From the NCBI GenBank assembly GCA_965217895.1, contig CBDCJV010000002.1, positions 1,280,001 to 1,344,000 of the forward strand: 64,000 nucleotides of DNA. The letters are read 5' to 3'. The position numbers and the translations under genes are program-made. Under the pieces are notes generated by a model. It ran no database searches. It was not told where the DNA came from and saw nothing but the letters and a program-made list of their open reading frames with translations. How positions within the stretch are numbered: the stretch's first letter is position 1; every line of letters begins with the position of its first letter. This DNA comes from Waterburya sp. GTDB lineage: Bacteria; Cyanobacteriota; Cyanobacteriia; Cyanobacteriales; Xenococcaceae. This document shows, one piece after another, positions 29,482 through 40,206 of this stretch.

Positions 29482-29691
29482 ATGGAAACACTTGAATTCA
29501 TTATTTATCCCGATGGTCGGGTTAAAGAAACGGTAACAGGCATTGTTGGCTCATCTTGCCAAGAGGTGACAGCAGCAATTGAAGAACAGTTAGGAGTGGT
29601 TATTGATCAAAAACCTTCTTCTGATTACTATGCTCAGAATGTTACTCAAACAGCTACTGTAGCTACCCAAAACAACTATAGCGATTGGTAA
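29482..29691 (+). CDS. DUF2997 family protein
   Basis: METLEFIIYPDGRVKETVTGIVGSSCQEVTAAIE; first gene of the conserved ycf35-ferredoxin operon. Confidence 0.85.
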   Translation: METLEFIIYPDGRVKETVTGIVGSSCQEVTAAIEEQLGVVIDQKPSSDYYAQNVTQTATVATQNNYSDW

Positions 29692-29751
29692 TTTAACAGA
29701 ACTAGCCCAGTAGCTTGCTTAATATTTAATTCATTTTCACCGAGGAAATTT

Positions 29752-30138
29752 ATGTCACATTTCAGCAATATTAAAACTAAAATTCGCAATCTAGATTCTT
29801 TAAAAGCAGCACTTAAAGACTTAGATGTAGATTGGAAAAATGGTCCAGGAATTGTCAGAGGTTATCAAGGAAAAACCCACAAAGCTGATATTGTTGTCGA
29901 ACAGTTAAACAACTATGATTTTGGCTTTTGCTGGAATGGCAAGGAATACGAACTAGTGGCAGATTTACAATATTGGCAACAGCCATTGACTGTAAATGGT
30001 TTTCTGCGTCAGGTTACTCAACGCTATGCCTATCATACAGTTATTAACGAAACTAGCAATCAAGGTTTCACCGTTACAGAGCAAGCTAAAAACGAGGATG
30101 GTTCAATTCGTTTAGTCGTTCAACGTTGGAGTGCCTGA
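29752..30138 (+). CDS. ycf35: Ycf35 / DUF1257 protein
   Basis: MSHFSNIKT, VRGYQG, YELVADLQYWQQ, VTQRYAY, DGSIRLVVQRW. Confidence 0.88.
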   Translation: MSHFSNIKTKIRNLDSLKAALKDLDVDWKNGPGIVRGYQGKTHKADIVVEQLNNYDFGFCWNGKEYELVADLQYWQQPLTVNGFLRQVTQRYAYHTVINETSNQGFTVTEQAKNEDGSIRLVVQRWSA

Positions 30139-30560
30139 TGTCTAATTTTTCTCCTAGAGAAAAAAGCGGTTTTGAGCCAGAGTTAGGAGGTGTTATTCGT
30201 GATAGCTCTCAAAGAAGCGGTTTTGAACCAGAATTAGGAGGAGCATGGCGACAAAAAGGAGTTTATGTTGATGAAAACATTTGCATAGGCTGTAAAAACT
30301 GTACCCACGTCGCGGCTAATACTTTTTACATTGAACCAGACTATGGTAGAGCCAGAGTGTTCAACCAAAATGGCGACATAGAAGAGCTAATTAACGAAGC
30401 TATAGATACTTGTCCTGTAAATTGTATTCATTGGCTTGATTATACCGAACTTAGGCAGATGGAGCGCGAGAGAAAAAATCAGGTAATTCAAAACTTGGCT
30501 ATTCCGCCCAATATGAGGCGATCGCAATTAAAAATGGGTAACAGAAAGCATAACAACTAA
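30138..30560 (+). CDS. Fe-S ferredoxin (Fed7-like)
   Basis: ATG at 30138 overlaps the ycf35 stop (TGATG); CIGCKNC and AIDTCPVNCIHW; SGFEPELGG leader repeats. Confidence 0.85.
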   Translation: MSNFSPREKSGFEPELGGVIRDSSQRSGFEPELGGAWRQKGVYVDENICIGCKNCTHVAANTFYIEPDYGRARVFNQNGDIEELINEAIDTCPVNCIHWLDYTELRQMERERKNQVIQNLAIPPNMRRSQLKMGNRKHNN

Positions 30561-30586
30561 TTGATTTTCTGAGAAATAATCTACAG

Positions 30587-30630
30587 CCAATAAAAAACCC
30601 GATAATGGCTGAAATCGGGTTTTTGTTGGT
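30587..30630. terminator. Bidirectional intrinsic terminator
   Basis: CCAATAAAAAACCCGAT...ATCGGGTTTTTTGTTGG between convergent genes. Confidence 0.75.
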
Positions 30631-30633
30631 TTC

Positions 30634-31776
30634 TTACTTAACCATGTCAACTGATATTTCATCAGATTTTTTCCAAAGCTGCAACTGATTGTTTTCAGCT
30701 AAGAAATCCCGTATTTTCTGGCGATAAATATTTCTATATTCATCAAAGTCATATTTATCTACTCTAATACCAAAATCTTTATTTTCTTCGCCTTGTAAAA
30801 TTTTGGCGACTTCGTTGTTTGTTATAACTGAATAATGACTACCATCAAAAGTATTATTAGGATTTTTGGTAATTTCTGATGGGGCAGAAAAATCATACAT
30901 TGCGTCATAATTTTGAGCTATTTTATGAAAACTCAACAACTCACAGTCTGTTAAATTTCTACCGTAAGTATCATTGACTATACTCCAAGCAGATCTGGGG
31001 GGTACATAACCAATAAACTTAGCTTTAGGGAAAATTGCCTTCAGTTGGACAAAAGCTTCTACTGGTGAAAGGTCACATCTTTGTGGAGAAGCAGGCTTAT
31101 AAAAATCTGGCTTATACTCAGGAGCGCTAGCAAAATCTACTGGTTCAAAGTTTCGATCGTAATAATTCCCAGGATCGGGACTAACCCCTAATAAAGTCAT
31201 AACCGAAAATAATAAAACATCAGCTGATAAATAAGCTTGCAAAGGCGATTTGGTAGTCAAATTTCGTAGAGATACAAACTCTTGTTTTGTTCTATCCTTT
31301 TCCACAAAATTTAGACCATCTACGCCGACATAGACTATTTTAGGCTTGATACCTTCTTCTTTTAAAGATTTAGCATAATTGATAAAATCAGGTATTTCGC
31401 CTCCTTTAATGGAATAGTTAAAACAGCGATCTTTGTGAAAATTATCTGGTCTTAAGGCAATAACTCTAGAACTACCAAGAATAATGCAATTGTAATTTTC
31501 TTTATTTTCGGTTCTAAAAAATAAATTTGTTTTGGTTATTCTTTCATTAAAAGCAAAATTTTTGCCAGTGATAATATTGCCATGATTGTACCATAAAGGA
31601 TCGATTAACCAATTAAGACCAGCCACAGAACCTAATATCACAAAAGTAATTAGTCCGTAAAGTCCAAAACTAAATTTTGAATCTTTATTCTTTTGGGCAA
31701 CGTTAGTTTTAGGCATTTCTGAAGTTCCGCGTTTACCTAACTTTAAAAACTCGCTGGCTGCACTTTTGAAATTCAT
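30634..31776 (-). CDS. Membrane-anchored SGNH-like acyltransferase partner (AlgJ/DltD-like)
   Basis: N-terminal TM, ILGSSR and FDGSHY motifs; directly downstream of an MBOAT gene. Confidence 0.6.
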   Translation of the reverse strand: MNFKSAASEFLKLGKRGTSEMPKTNVAQKNKDSKFSFGLYGLITFVILGSVAGLNWLIDPLWYNHGNIITGKNFAFNERITKTNLFFRTENKENYNCIILGSSRVIALRPDNFHKDRCFNYSIKGGEIPDFINYAKSLKEEGIKPKIVYVGVDGLNFVEKDRTKQEFVSLRNLTTKSPLQAYLSADVLLFSVMTLLGVSPDPGNYYDRNFEPVDFASAPEYKPDFYKPASPQRCDLSPVEAFVQLKAIFPKAKFIGYVPPRSAWSIVNDTYGRNLTDCELLSFHKIAQNYDAMYDFSAPSEITKNPNNTFDGSHYSVITNNEVAKILQGEENKDFGIRVDKYDFDEYRNIYRQKIRDFLAENNQLQLWKKSDEISVDMVK

Positions 31777-31806
31777 TTTTAGTATCTTTAGTATATATTT
31801 TAAAAA

Positions 31807-33390
31807 TTAGAATTGGAAATATAAAAACTCACTGACTCTACTAAAACATAGCAAAGAGAGTGATGTTAATCCTGCTACAATAATTGTCCAAATTTTGTTT
31901 GGTCTCCAAGATAAAGATTGCCAAAATTTTTGTTGCCATTGAGATTGATTCTGTCTGATAGGCTCAGTAAGTGTTGGACTATAATTTCCCATCCATTGTT
32001 GGGTATTAGGAGTCAACCAAGCAATGAGCAAGAGAATAATAATGCCAAAAGTAGCATATTTTTGACTGATACCGACATTAACGCTAAAACCTAAAAATCC
32101 TACCCCCAAATTTCTTAAAAACCCTAAATAAGGCTCTAGAAAAGGTGCTAATTCAATACCATTAAAGCCAAACATAGACTTAAGCATTAAAATAGCGGTG
32201 GCAAAACTATTGGCACGGAAAAATACCCAAGAAATTACTACAGCCATAAAAGTTGTTATCCATCCTATACCACGAAGTAACCAACCATCGTTTTTCAAAT
32301 TATGCCCTAGACTTTTGCGCCAAGAACGATATAAATGATTAATAACTAAATAGAATCCTTGTAATCCCCCCCACAAAACAAAAGTCCAGCCTGCACCATG
32401 CCACAATCCTCCTAACAACATAGTAATTAACAAGTTAAAGTAACGTCTAAATTCCCCTTTACGGCTTCCTCCCAAAGGTATATATAAATAATCGCGCAAG
32501 AAATGAGAGAGGGTAATATGCCATCTACGCCAAAAATCAACAATACTAATTGACTTGTAAGGTGAATTGAAATTTATTGGCAAACTGATTCCGAACATAT
32601 AGGCTGCACCAATTGCCATGTCACAATAACCAGAAAAATCAAAATAAAGCTGTAAAGTATAGCCTAATGCTCCTACCCAAGCTTCAGAGAAGGTCAAATC
32701 TATTCCTTGAGATGCTGCTGCAAAAGCCAAATTAGAAAATTCGGCAATGCGATCGGCAAAAATAACTTTTTTGAATAAACCAGCCATAAAAAACGTTAAA
32801 CCTATGGCTAGATGAGTCTGATTAAACTTGTAGATAGACGTTGTTTCAAATTGCGGTAGAACTTCTTTGTGATGAACTATTGGTCCTGCAATTAATTGTG
32901 GAAAAAAGCAGACAAACAGCATATACTTCAAAATACTATATTCTTTAGTTTCACCTTTATAAGCATCAACTAAGTATGCTATTTGTTGAAAGGTGAAAAA
33001 GGAAATTCCCAGAGGAATTACTATAGTAGGAACAGTAAAATTAGCACCAACAAAATAATTTATATTACTAACTAAAAACCCTGAATACTTAAAGTAGCAA
33101 ATTAACGCCAAGTTAAATATAATACCGAGGATGAGTAATCTTTTCTTGGTTTTTGTTTTCTCTATTACATTTCCCAATAGATAACCCATCCCATAGTTAA
33201 CTGCGATAGATATCAAAATTAAGGGAAGATTTACAATCTTATACTTAGCGTAGAAAAATAGTGAGGCTGCAACTAGCCAATATATAGGCATTTGCTGTTT
33301 GACATACTTTGGTTTTCTACTAATTAAAAAGAAACCCAATAAAGTAATCGGCAAAAACAGAAAAATAAATTCAAATGAATTGAAAAGCAT
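31807..33390 (-). CDS. MBOAT O-acyltransferase (AlgI/DltB-like)
   Basis: MLFNS, PLGISFFTFQ, FFPQLIAGPI, YFDFSGY, FWRRWHITLS, GLWHGA. Confidence 0.93.
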   Translation of the reverse strand: MLFNSFEFIFLFLPITLLGFFLISRKPKYVKQQMPIYWLVAASLFFYAKYKIVNLPLILISIAVNYGMGYLLGNVIEKTKTKKRLLILGIIFNLALICYFKYSGFLVSNINYFVGANFTVPTIVIPLGISFFTFQQIAYLVDAYKGETKEYSILKYMLFVCFFPQLIAGPIVHHKEVLPQFETTSIYKFNQTHLAIGLTFFMAGLFKKVIFADRIAEFSNLAFAAASQGIDLTFSEAWVGALGYTLQLYFDFSGYCDMAIGAAYMFGISLPINFNSPYKSISIVDFWRRWHITLSHFLRDYLYIPLGGSRKGEFRRYFNLLITMLLGGLWHGAGWTFVLWGGLQGFYLVINHLYRSWRKSLGHNLKNDGWLLRGIGWITTFMAVVISWVFFRANSFATAILMLKSMFGFNGIELAPFLEPYLGFLRNLGVGFLGFSVNVGISQKYATFGIIILLLIAWLTPNTQQWMGNYSPTLTEPIRQNQSQWQQKFWQSLSWRPNKIWTIIVAGLTSLSLLCFSRVSEFLYFQF

Positions 33391-33685
33391 AATTTTAGAG
33401 CAAGGATTATGTGTAATTATTAACCGTAGAAAAGTTCAAATTTTTGTTCAATATTGGCAAAGAATGTATTTAAATATAGATAGTCAAAATAGTTTTTATA
33501 AACTGCTAATTTAGCATAAAGTCTATAGACTCATGGTAAATATTAAGTTGAAAAATAGAAGCTACTTGTTGAATTATTACTGTTCATTTTTTTATTATCT
33601 GTGATCTGACGACAATTTTATTAGTGTTTAACCTCTAAATCAATAAGCAAATTAATGGTTTTATAAGATTATAGATATGTAAGTT

Positions 33686-34960
33686 TTATTTAGTTGCTTG
33701 CCGATATAAGTAAAAAACAATTAACCATAAACAAACCACTCTTAATGAGTCAGAAATTAAGGTAGCCCAAGCAGCACCCTGCCAAGAAAACTTGGGAATA
33801 AGCAATATATTTAAGCAGACATTAAGAATTGCAGCACCTACTTGGACTATGCTACGAGCTTTTTGATTTCCTGAACCCGTGAGAGAATCTGCTGCTAAAT
33901 ATTGAAAAGCGGCGATCGCTGGCAAAGGTGATAATAATATTAATGCCCCAATGGCATCTTTGTATTCTTCACCTAAAATCAAAGGGATATAAGGAGCAAT
34001 AATAAAATAGCCAATGACGCTGGCGATCGCATAAAATGCCATGAAAGGCAGCAGACGTTTGGCAAGGCTTAAGCTACCTTTAATTCCCGATGCGCCATGC
34101 TGAAAAAACCTAGTATAGGTAGCACCAGATAATGCCAAGAGAGGAACATTACCAACATCAATAAAGCGATAAGCTGAACCATATATTCCAGCAGCACCAA
34201 CACTAGAGAATTTACCCAGCATCGATTTATCCAAGCCTGCGTTGATATTATTGGCTGAAGCACTAATAGCAAAATACAGTCCCTGACCAATATTAGATTT
34301 AAGTTCCGCTAAAATAGGTCTTGGGAAACCTACCATTTTATGCACTATTGAGACAGTAATAATAGAAGTAACTACCGAACTGGTGAAGTATAAATAACTC
34401 CAGGTGGCAATACCTGGATTCTCAAAAAAAGCAGCCAAACACAGAGCAGCCAGGAGCTTGCCACAAGTATTCAATATTCCTAACTGTGCCGTCTTTTTGA
34501 CCATGTCATTAGCCATCAGAGCTTTAGACCCTAGATCGTACAAGGCTAAGCAAATTAGGTCTGATAGTAAGATTAGTAGGATTGTTCCCCATACAATATT
34601 TTTGGGAAATATCAAGGGAGACATCAAGAGCAAAGCTAAAGTTAAAAAAGAACCATTAGCAGTTAAAAGAACCAGGGCATTGCCCCAATAGGTACTAAAG
34701 CTGGCTTTATTAGTCGAAACATTTTTGACGAGGACGTGTTCACTACCTAAAGCTACAAAGGGAAAAATAATTGATGCGCAAGCAGTAATAACAATAAAAG
34801 AACCATAATTTTCTTTTCCCAATATACGGGCAACGATAACAAAGTATCCAGTTTGCATGACCACATTAAACAATCTGGATGACAGCATCCAGAAAGTATC
34901 CCGTGCCAGATTACTCTGAAATAGATTTGTTGCTTTCGCTCTTATTTCTACTATATTCAT
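33686..34960 (-). CDS. Wzx-type polysaccharide flippase
   Basis: ARILGKENYG, DKSMLG..GIYGSAYR, LNILLIPKFSWQGAAWAT; many TM helices. Confidence 0.85.
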   Translation of the reverse strand: MNIVEIRAKATNLFQSNLARDTFWMLSSRLFNVVMQTGYFVIVARILGKENYGSFIVITACASIIFPFVALGSEHVLVKNVSTNKASFSTYWGNALVLLTANGSFLTLALLLMSPLIFPKNIVWGTILLILLSDLICLALYDLGSKALMANDMVKKTAQLGILNTCGKLLAALCLAAFFENPGIATWSYLYFTSSVVTSIITVSIVHKMVGFPRPILAELKSNIGQGLYFAISASANNINAGLDKSMLGKFSSVGAAGIYGSAYRFIDVGNVPLLALSGATYTRFFQHGASGIKGSLSLAKRLLPFMAFYAIASVIGYFIIAPYIPLILGEEYKDAIGALILLSPLPAIAAFQYLAADSLTGSGNQKARSIVQVGAAILNVCLNILLIPKFSWQGAAWATLISDSLRVVCLWLIVFYLYRQATK

Positions 34961-34963
34961 GGT

Positions 34964-36640
34964 TTAGGTAGAATATGATACTTGTGGTATCAAAGCTTTT
35001 CCATCCAGATGTTCTGGTATTTCTGCATTCATCAAGCTCAAAATTGTTGGAGCTAAATCTACAGCTTCACCAGCAGATAAGTTAGATCCAGCAGGAATAT
35101 GATCTCCTTTAGCTAATAGAAAACCTTGACCTTTATGCCCACCTGCTCGACAGTGAGTCAGAGGCCCAACACGACCTAATCTTGAACTATCAACAACATC
35201 TGTGATTGGTTCTTGCCACAATACTACTAAGTCTGCATCAGGTAGCTTGGGATTATTATCCAAAGGAACAGTACGGGTTTTAACTACCTGCTTGACAATT
35301 TTTTTACCTGTTCTGCCATCTTGAAGGTCATAAAGAATTTCCGTCAATTCTGCACACAGAGCATCGTACTCTGAAGGCTCAACTACACCATCTCTATCTC
35401 TGCCTTTAAGATTGATACGGATATGTCCATTGGTAAAGGCAGGCAAAGCAAATGCTTTCATTTCTGGCCACAAAGGCGAGTACCACATACCAGGCATCCA
35501 GCCCATAGCTAATTCTTGTTCAATTGGTTCATCCAAGAGGCTATAAGGTGAGAGTAAACCATGTTTTTGACCTCTTAAAAACTTTTTGTGAGTCCAGGTG
35601 CGAAATAGCTTTTTAAGCGGATTAGGTTCATGAACCTGACTCCAGATTTCTCCAGCCCAAGAATTTCTAATCGGTTTTGTGACCATGGGCGAAGGAGTAG
35701 CACCAACTTTTCCTGGAGCGATCGCCGCTTTGCCATAATGAAAACGATATAATAGCTCTGGCAATACAGCCATACTTAATAAATCGGTAAAGTTAGCAGC
35801 CATACCGTGAGCCGAAAAACAAACTATATTCGCATCTTTAGGAGCTTGGGCTAAAATTTCGCCAATTGCGCGATCGACGTGCTGATAGGTTTTTAATACG
35901 GGATCGGCTTTAGTACCATTATTCGTAAGATATTTATAGGCAGGATGATCGGCTTGACTATGGTTATATAAATCGTGACCAATAGTATGAGTTTCACCAA
36001 ATACCATCAGGAATAAATCCCAATCATCTTGCTTGAGTAAATCACGAGCGATCGCCGAATGCCCATCAATACTCTTTCCTACAGCTTCTTGAATCCAGGT
36101 AACGTATTCTGGATTCCACCACAGCCCATTGTCATTATGTAAAACTGGGTTTTTACCATATTTTTTCGTAATAGCTGTAAAAAGTTCAGGAGGGTTGGAA
36201 GCACTGACGGTATAAGGATAATGTCCACCCCAACCCAAAATCTGCACCCCATTAACATCATTAGAAAGAGTAGTTACTGGAACATCTAAAACTGCAACTT
36301 TATAATCTTTTCCTAGGGCATAGAAAGGAGAATACTCTTGATAGTCATAACCGCTAGTGACTACATCGCAGATAATTTCATAGTTTTCTGGGTCGTAGCT
36401 AGCCGTATCCCAATAACCAAGCGTATCAACGCGACATCCAGTCGAAAAGGTTGCCCACAAAGGTTCAGTAGTTGAATATTCTGTAGGCACACCACAATAA
36501 TTCACCGTATTGTCTAAACGACCGTAAATTCCAGATTGACGAATTTTACTTAAATTTGGAAGATGTCCCGCAGCCATCCATTCTTCGATTAGCCTCGGTT
36601 CTGCTGCATCTAAGCCAATAACAATAGTTGATTTTTTCAT
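34964..36640 (-). CDS. Alkaline phosphatase superfamily (nucleotide pyrophosphatase/phosphodiesterase-like) protein
   Basis: IGLDAA, PLWATFSTG, SAHGM, IRINLKGRD, GGH, VDLAPTIL. Confidence 0.8.
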   Translation of the reverse strand: MKKSTIVIGLDAAEPRLIEEWMAAGHLPNLSKIRQSGIYGRLDNTVNYCGVPTEYSTTEPLWATFSTGCRVDTLGYWDTASYDPENYEIICDVVTSGYDYQEYSPFYALGKDYKVAVLDVPVTTLSNDVNGVQILGWGGHYPYTVSASNPPELFTAITKKYGKNPVLHNDNGLWWNPEYVTWIQEAVGKSIDGHSAIARDLLKQDDWDLFLMVFGETHTIGHDLYNHSQADHPAYKYLTNNGTKADPVLKTYQHVDRAIGEILAQAPKDANIVCFSAHGMAANFTDLLSMAVLPELLYRFHYGKAAIAPGKVGATPSPMVTKPIRNSWAGEIWSQVHEPNPLKKLFRTWTHKKFLRGQKHGLLSPYSLLDEPIEQELAMGWMPGMWYSPLWPEMKAFALPAFTNGHIRINLKGRDRDGVVEPSEYDALCAELTEILYDLQDGRTGKKIVKQVVKTRTVPLDNNPKLPDADLVVLWQEPITDVVDSSRLGRVGPLTHCRAGGHKGQGFLLAKGDHIPAGSNLSAGEAVDLAPTILSLMNAEIPEHLDGKALIPQVSYST

Positions 36641-36711
36641 TTTTTTAGAGAAAACAGTTATTCCAAGTTCTTAAATTACACTTACAAACTAAATGTTTGG
36701 ATTATGTATGT

Positions 36712-38907
36712 CTAGGCAGGGGCAGTTTTAGAGCTGCTACTCTCAGGAGAACTGGAAAAGTAGCTTTTACTGTATTTAGCGTGATAAGAATAGCGGTCAA
36801 ATTCGTTAGGCTTGACTCCATTAATAACCATTCCCAATACTTTTTGAGAAAGGTTGGCATTGGCTATAGTTTCTTGCGCTAATTCAGCACTCTCGTTTTC
36901 CACCACCCCTGGTCTACTTACAAAAACAATACCATCAGCAAGTTTGGTTAAGGTTAAAACATCAGCAGTCACAGCTAAAGGTGGAGCGTCAATAATAATT
37001 AACTCATATTCTTTTCTGGCTTTAGCTACTAGTTCGCTCATTTCGGCTGAATCTAATAAAGCAAGTGGGTTAGGAGCAATTATTCCAGCAGTTAGCAGAT
37101 CGAGTTGCTGCATTGGCTGAGAAACAACTTGAGCCAATGGTGTTTTATGAGTTACAACATCCTTGACCCCAGCTTTATTACTTACTTGCCACAGTTCATG
37201 TTGAGAACCCTTTCTTAAGTCAGCGTCAATTAATAAGACTTTGCGACCTAGCTGAGACATCGCCGCAGCTAGGTTGGCAGCAACGGTAGATTTACCCTCT
37301 CCTGGAACTGAACTAGTCATTAAAATAACTTTTGGTTGTCGCTTAACGGCTAAAAACTTAAGGTTAGTTTGAATCATGCGATAGATTTCGCTGGCAAAAG
37401 AATCAGGTTCTCTTTGGACAATAATTCCACCTTGATGTTCTTGTAAGGTATCCAAAGGAACAATACCTAATACTTGATAAGCAAACTTTTGTTTGATTTC
37501 AGGAATAGTTTTCAAGGTGCGATCCTGCATTTCTAGCAAAATTGCAGTTAGGTTGGCAAGAAATAATCCCATCAAAACACCCAAAGCCAGTAACATTACT
37601 CTGCCCGTGCTGCCTTCTTGAGGAATTTGACCCTGCTCTATAACCTCAGCATTACCCGTATCTTTATTGAGTAGTAACCCTAAATCTTGTTTACTATCTA
37701 ATAGTGTGTTGTAGGTAGAGCGAGAACTATCAACTTCACGAAGTAAGGATTGTTCCTGTTTTTCTAGTCTGGGGATTGCTTGAGAACGAGCCAAATAAAC
37801 TTTCTGAAATTGGTATAAAGATGATAATTGTGTTTCTAAGTTTAATTCGTCTATTTTGAGATTAATAAATCTTTCTAATTGGTTTTCTTTGACACTATTT
37901 CCACTCTGCAATAATCCAGCCGAAACTTTTCCTCCAACATATTGAGCAATAAGCTGCTGTAGTTGAGAATTTAAAGCTTGTTTCTTCTCATTTAAGCTAA
38001 CAACTGTTGGATGATTATCATTAAAACGCTGACGTTCTTGGGATAATTCTGTTTCTGTTGCTTGTTGTTGGGTAAGAATGCTTTGCACTTGAGGCGTGTT
38101 AGCTAATTGATTAGCACTTATCGCTTGATTCAGGTTTAGACCCAACTGATTTTGGAGACTTTGAGCTTGAGCTTTCTTACCTTGAAGGTCTGCACCTGTG
38201 GTAGAAATTTGGCGATTGAGATTACCTAGGTCAGCTACCAAAGTTTTCTTCTCTTCTTGTAAATCTACGATCTGATTTTTTTCGTAAAAATTCTGTAACC
38301 TGGATTCTAAACTTTGAAGTTTATTCTCAATTTGAGGAATTTCTTTAGTAACAAAGCTATTTGCACTAGCGGTTGCGGATTTATTACTACGAACTTGTTC
38401 TTTGATGTAGACATCCATTAAGGTATTTACTACCTTAGAAGCTATTACAGGATCTCGATCTTTGTATTGCAATTCAATAACATCAGTTCCGCCAACGATA
38501 TCTACTACCAGTTTTTTTTGTAGTGCCTCAACTTTTAAAGGTTTGCCTTCTTCATCCTCTAGCTTTAACTGATCTATGGTTTGCTGTAAAACTGGTTCTG
38601 AAGTTATACGCAGCTTTTCTGTACTCAGAGGAGTTTGATTGTCTAATAAAGACCGAAACTCATTAGTACTGCCTTTAATGTCACTTATTGAGCCTATAGA
38701 ATTTTTCTTGAATAGTATTTTGCCTTCGGATTTATATGTTTTTTCTAAAAAGCTGCTTAGGAAGGCAGTGGTACCAACAGTAAAGACAAAAACGGCTAAG
38801 GCAGGAAGCCAGCGGCGTTTAAGCTTGAGAAAATAGTTTCCTACATTAATATCAAGTTCTTCTCGCTGGCTAGGATAAGAACCATTATTTTTTTGCAAGT
38901 TAGTCAT
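36712..38907 (-). CDS. wzc: Wzc/GumC polysaccharide co-polymerase / BY-kinase
   Basis: Two TM with periplasmic coiled coil, GEGKST Walker A, DADLR, DAPP, Tyr-rich C-terminus. Confidence 0.9.
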   Translation of the reverse strand: MTNLQKNNGSYPSQREELDINVGNYFLKLKRRWLPALAVFVFTVGTTAFLSSFLEKTYKSEGKILFKKNSIGSISDIKGSTNEFRSLLDNQTPLSTEKLRITSEPVLQQTIDQLKLEDEEGKPLKVEALQKKLVVDIVGGTDVIELQYKDRDPVIASKVVNTLMDVYIKEQVRSNKSATASANSFVTKEIPQIENKLQSLESRLQNFYEKNQIVDLQEEKKTLVADLGNLNRQISTTGADLQGKKAQAQSLQNQLGLNLNQAISANQLANTPQVQSILTQQQATETELSQERQRFNDNHPTVVSLNEKKQALNSQLQQLIAQYVGGKVSAGLLQSGNSVKENQLERFINLKIDELNLETQLSSLYQFQKVYLARSQAIPRLEKQEQSLLREVDSSRSTYNTLLDSKQDLGLLLNKDTGNAEVIEQGQIPQEGSTGRVMLLALGVLMGLFLANLTAILLEMQDRTLKTIPEIKQKFAYQVLGIVPLDTLQEHQGGIIVQREPDSFASEIYRMIQTNLKFLAVKRQPKVILMTSSVPGEGKSTVAANLAAAMSQLGRKVLLIDADLRKGSQHELWQVSNKAGVKDVVTHKTPLAQVVSQPMQQLDLLTAGIIAPNPLALLDSAEMSELVAKARKEYELIIIDAPPLAVTADVLTLTKLADGIVFVSRPGVVENESAELAQETIANANLSQKVLGMVINGVKPNEFDRYSYHAKYSKSYFSSSPESSSSKTAPA

Positions 38908-39750
38908 AGTGTTTTCCTTAAAGGTAATTTTAACGCTGCGTATTTGTCTAAAATAATTTCTTAGTATTTACTGTTATAAAAAATTTATAGGCGATTAGAC
39001 AGGTGGATATCTTAAAGTTTTAGTAAAGTTGGGGTTAATTAATATAAAAATATTAAAAAGCAGCTAAATTGTTAGTTTTTATGAAATGTTTAGCCTCTAT
39101 CATTATATTTCTTACAAATAGAAGTTCACAACAAATAGCTGGCTAATTTTTAAAGATTATTTCTTTGACCATTTAATTTAGTTTACTAACTTCAAATTAT
39201 GTTTGCTATTTGCTGTTGTTTGTAGCTGATTTATCTTAAGTTTGTAATATTCCACATAAAAATCATTAAGTGATATTTAAAATATGAATAGCTATAATAA
39301 CTGACTATTGTTTATTAATATAGCCTTTATCTTTTGAGATTGAATTGATTTAAATCACTCAATCAAAAATCAACACATTGGCAGTGAATATATTGATTGT
39401 TCAGAAAAAGCCTTACTCAAGACACCCTAAATAAAACAAAAAGATAATCTATTTAATTCTATCTTTTAACAAAAGATATAACCAGAATAAGACTGCTATT
39501 GTATCTCGATCAAAATTTTAAAAGAGCAACTAGGGTTATGCTTTCTCATTAAAATTACAGATATTAGAGGAAAATACTGAAATATGCCTATCATTGAAGT
39601 GGAACAATAACAGTATAATCACCCCTTTGTCTCTAATAGAATTTAACTATACGCATTATTAAATTTAAAACTAATTTGAAGTTCACTATAAAAAATCAAG
39701 TTAGATTTTTTAGCGAGCCTAAGAAATAATTTATTTTTCTACATTTAGAA

Positions 39751-40194
39751 ATGGTTAATTTATTCAAATCCAATGTTATCAATGTTTTAGTGTTGACTAT
39801 TGCTGTATTACTGGGTAACAGCAAGACTATCATGGCACAAAGCAACTTCAAACAACTCAAAACAACTCAAACAAATCAAGTTATCACAGGTCAATCTGGT
39901 GGTTCTATTGATAGTCAAGGCTGTGGCTTTATTAGTAATACTCCTAATTATGAAATGAATCTAGAGCAAAGAATGGACTACATGAGATTGACGGTTCAGG
40001 CAGATGGGGGGCAGCCAACTTTGTTAGTGTTAGGACCTAATGCAGGCGATCGCTTTTGTGTTTTAGGTGATGAAACATCAGGATTAAAGCCTGAAATATC
40101 TGGAGTGTGGGAATCAGGCAGCTATCAGGTATATATTGGCGATCGCCTTGGAGGTCAACATTCCTTTACCCTAGATATTTCTACGGATAACTAA
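39751..40194 (+). CDS. Secreted hypothetical protein (PPC-like beta domain)
   Basis: Signal peptide, CGFI..PN, PTLLVLGP..FC, G.Y.VYIGD. Confidence 0.7.
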   Translation: MVNLFKSNVINVLVLTIAVLLGNSKTIMAQSNFKQLKTTQTNQVITGQSGGSIDSQGCGFISNTPNYEMNLEQRMDYMRLTVQADGGQPTLLVLGPNAGDRFCVLGDETSGLKPEISGVWESGSYQVYIGDRLGGQHSFTLDISTDN

Positions 40195-40206
40195 TTCTCG
40201 ATCTGC

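Noticed and set aside
30138..30245. Tandem SGFEPELGG repeat in the ferredoxin leader
   Set aside because: From recall this is a normal feature of this cyanobacterial ferredoxin family
30530..33900. HIP1-free stretch as evidence of horizontal transfer (also about 36060-40040)
   Set aside because: Gaps of nearly 3 kb also occur in housekeeping clpX and tig-asd regions; not convincing without a statistical test
38908..39750. Long AT-rich intergenic region as sRNA or hidden gene
   Set aside because: No ORF, strong stem or recognisable motif seen; consistent with a complex wzc promoter
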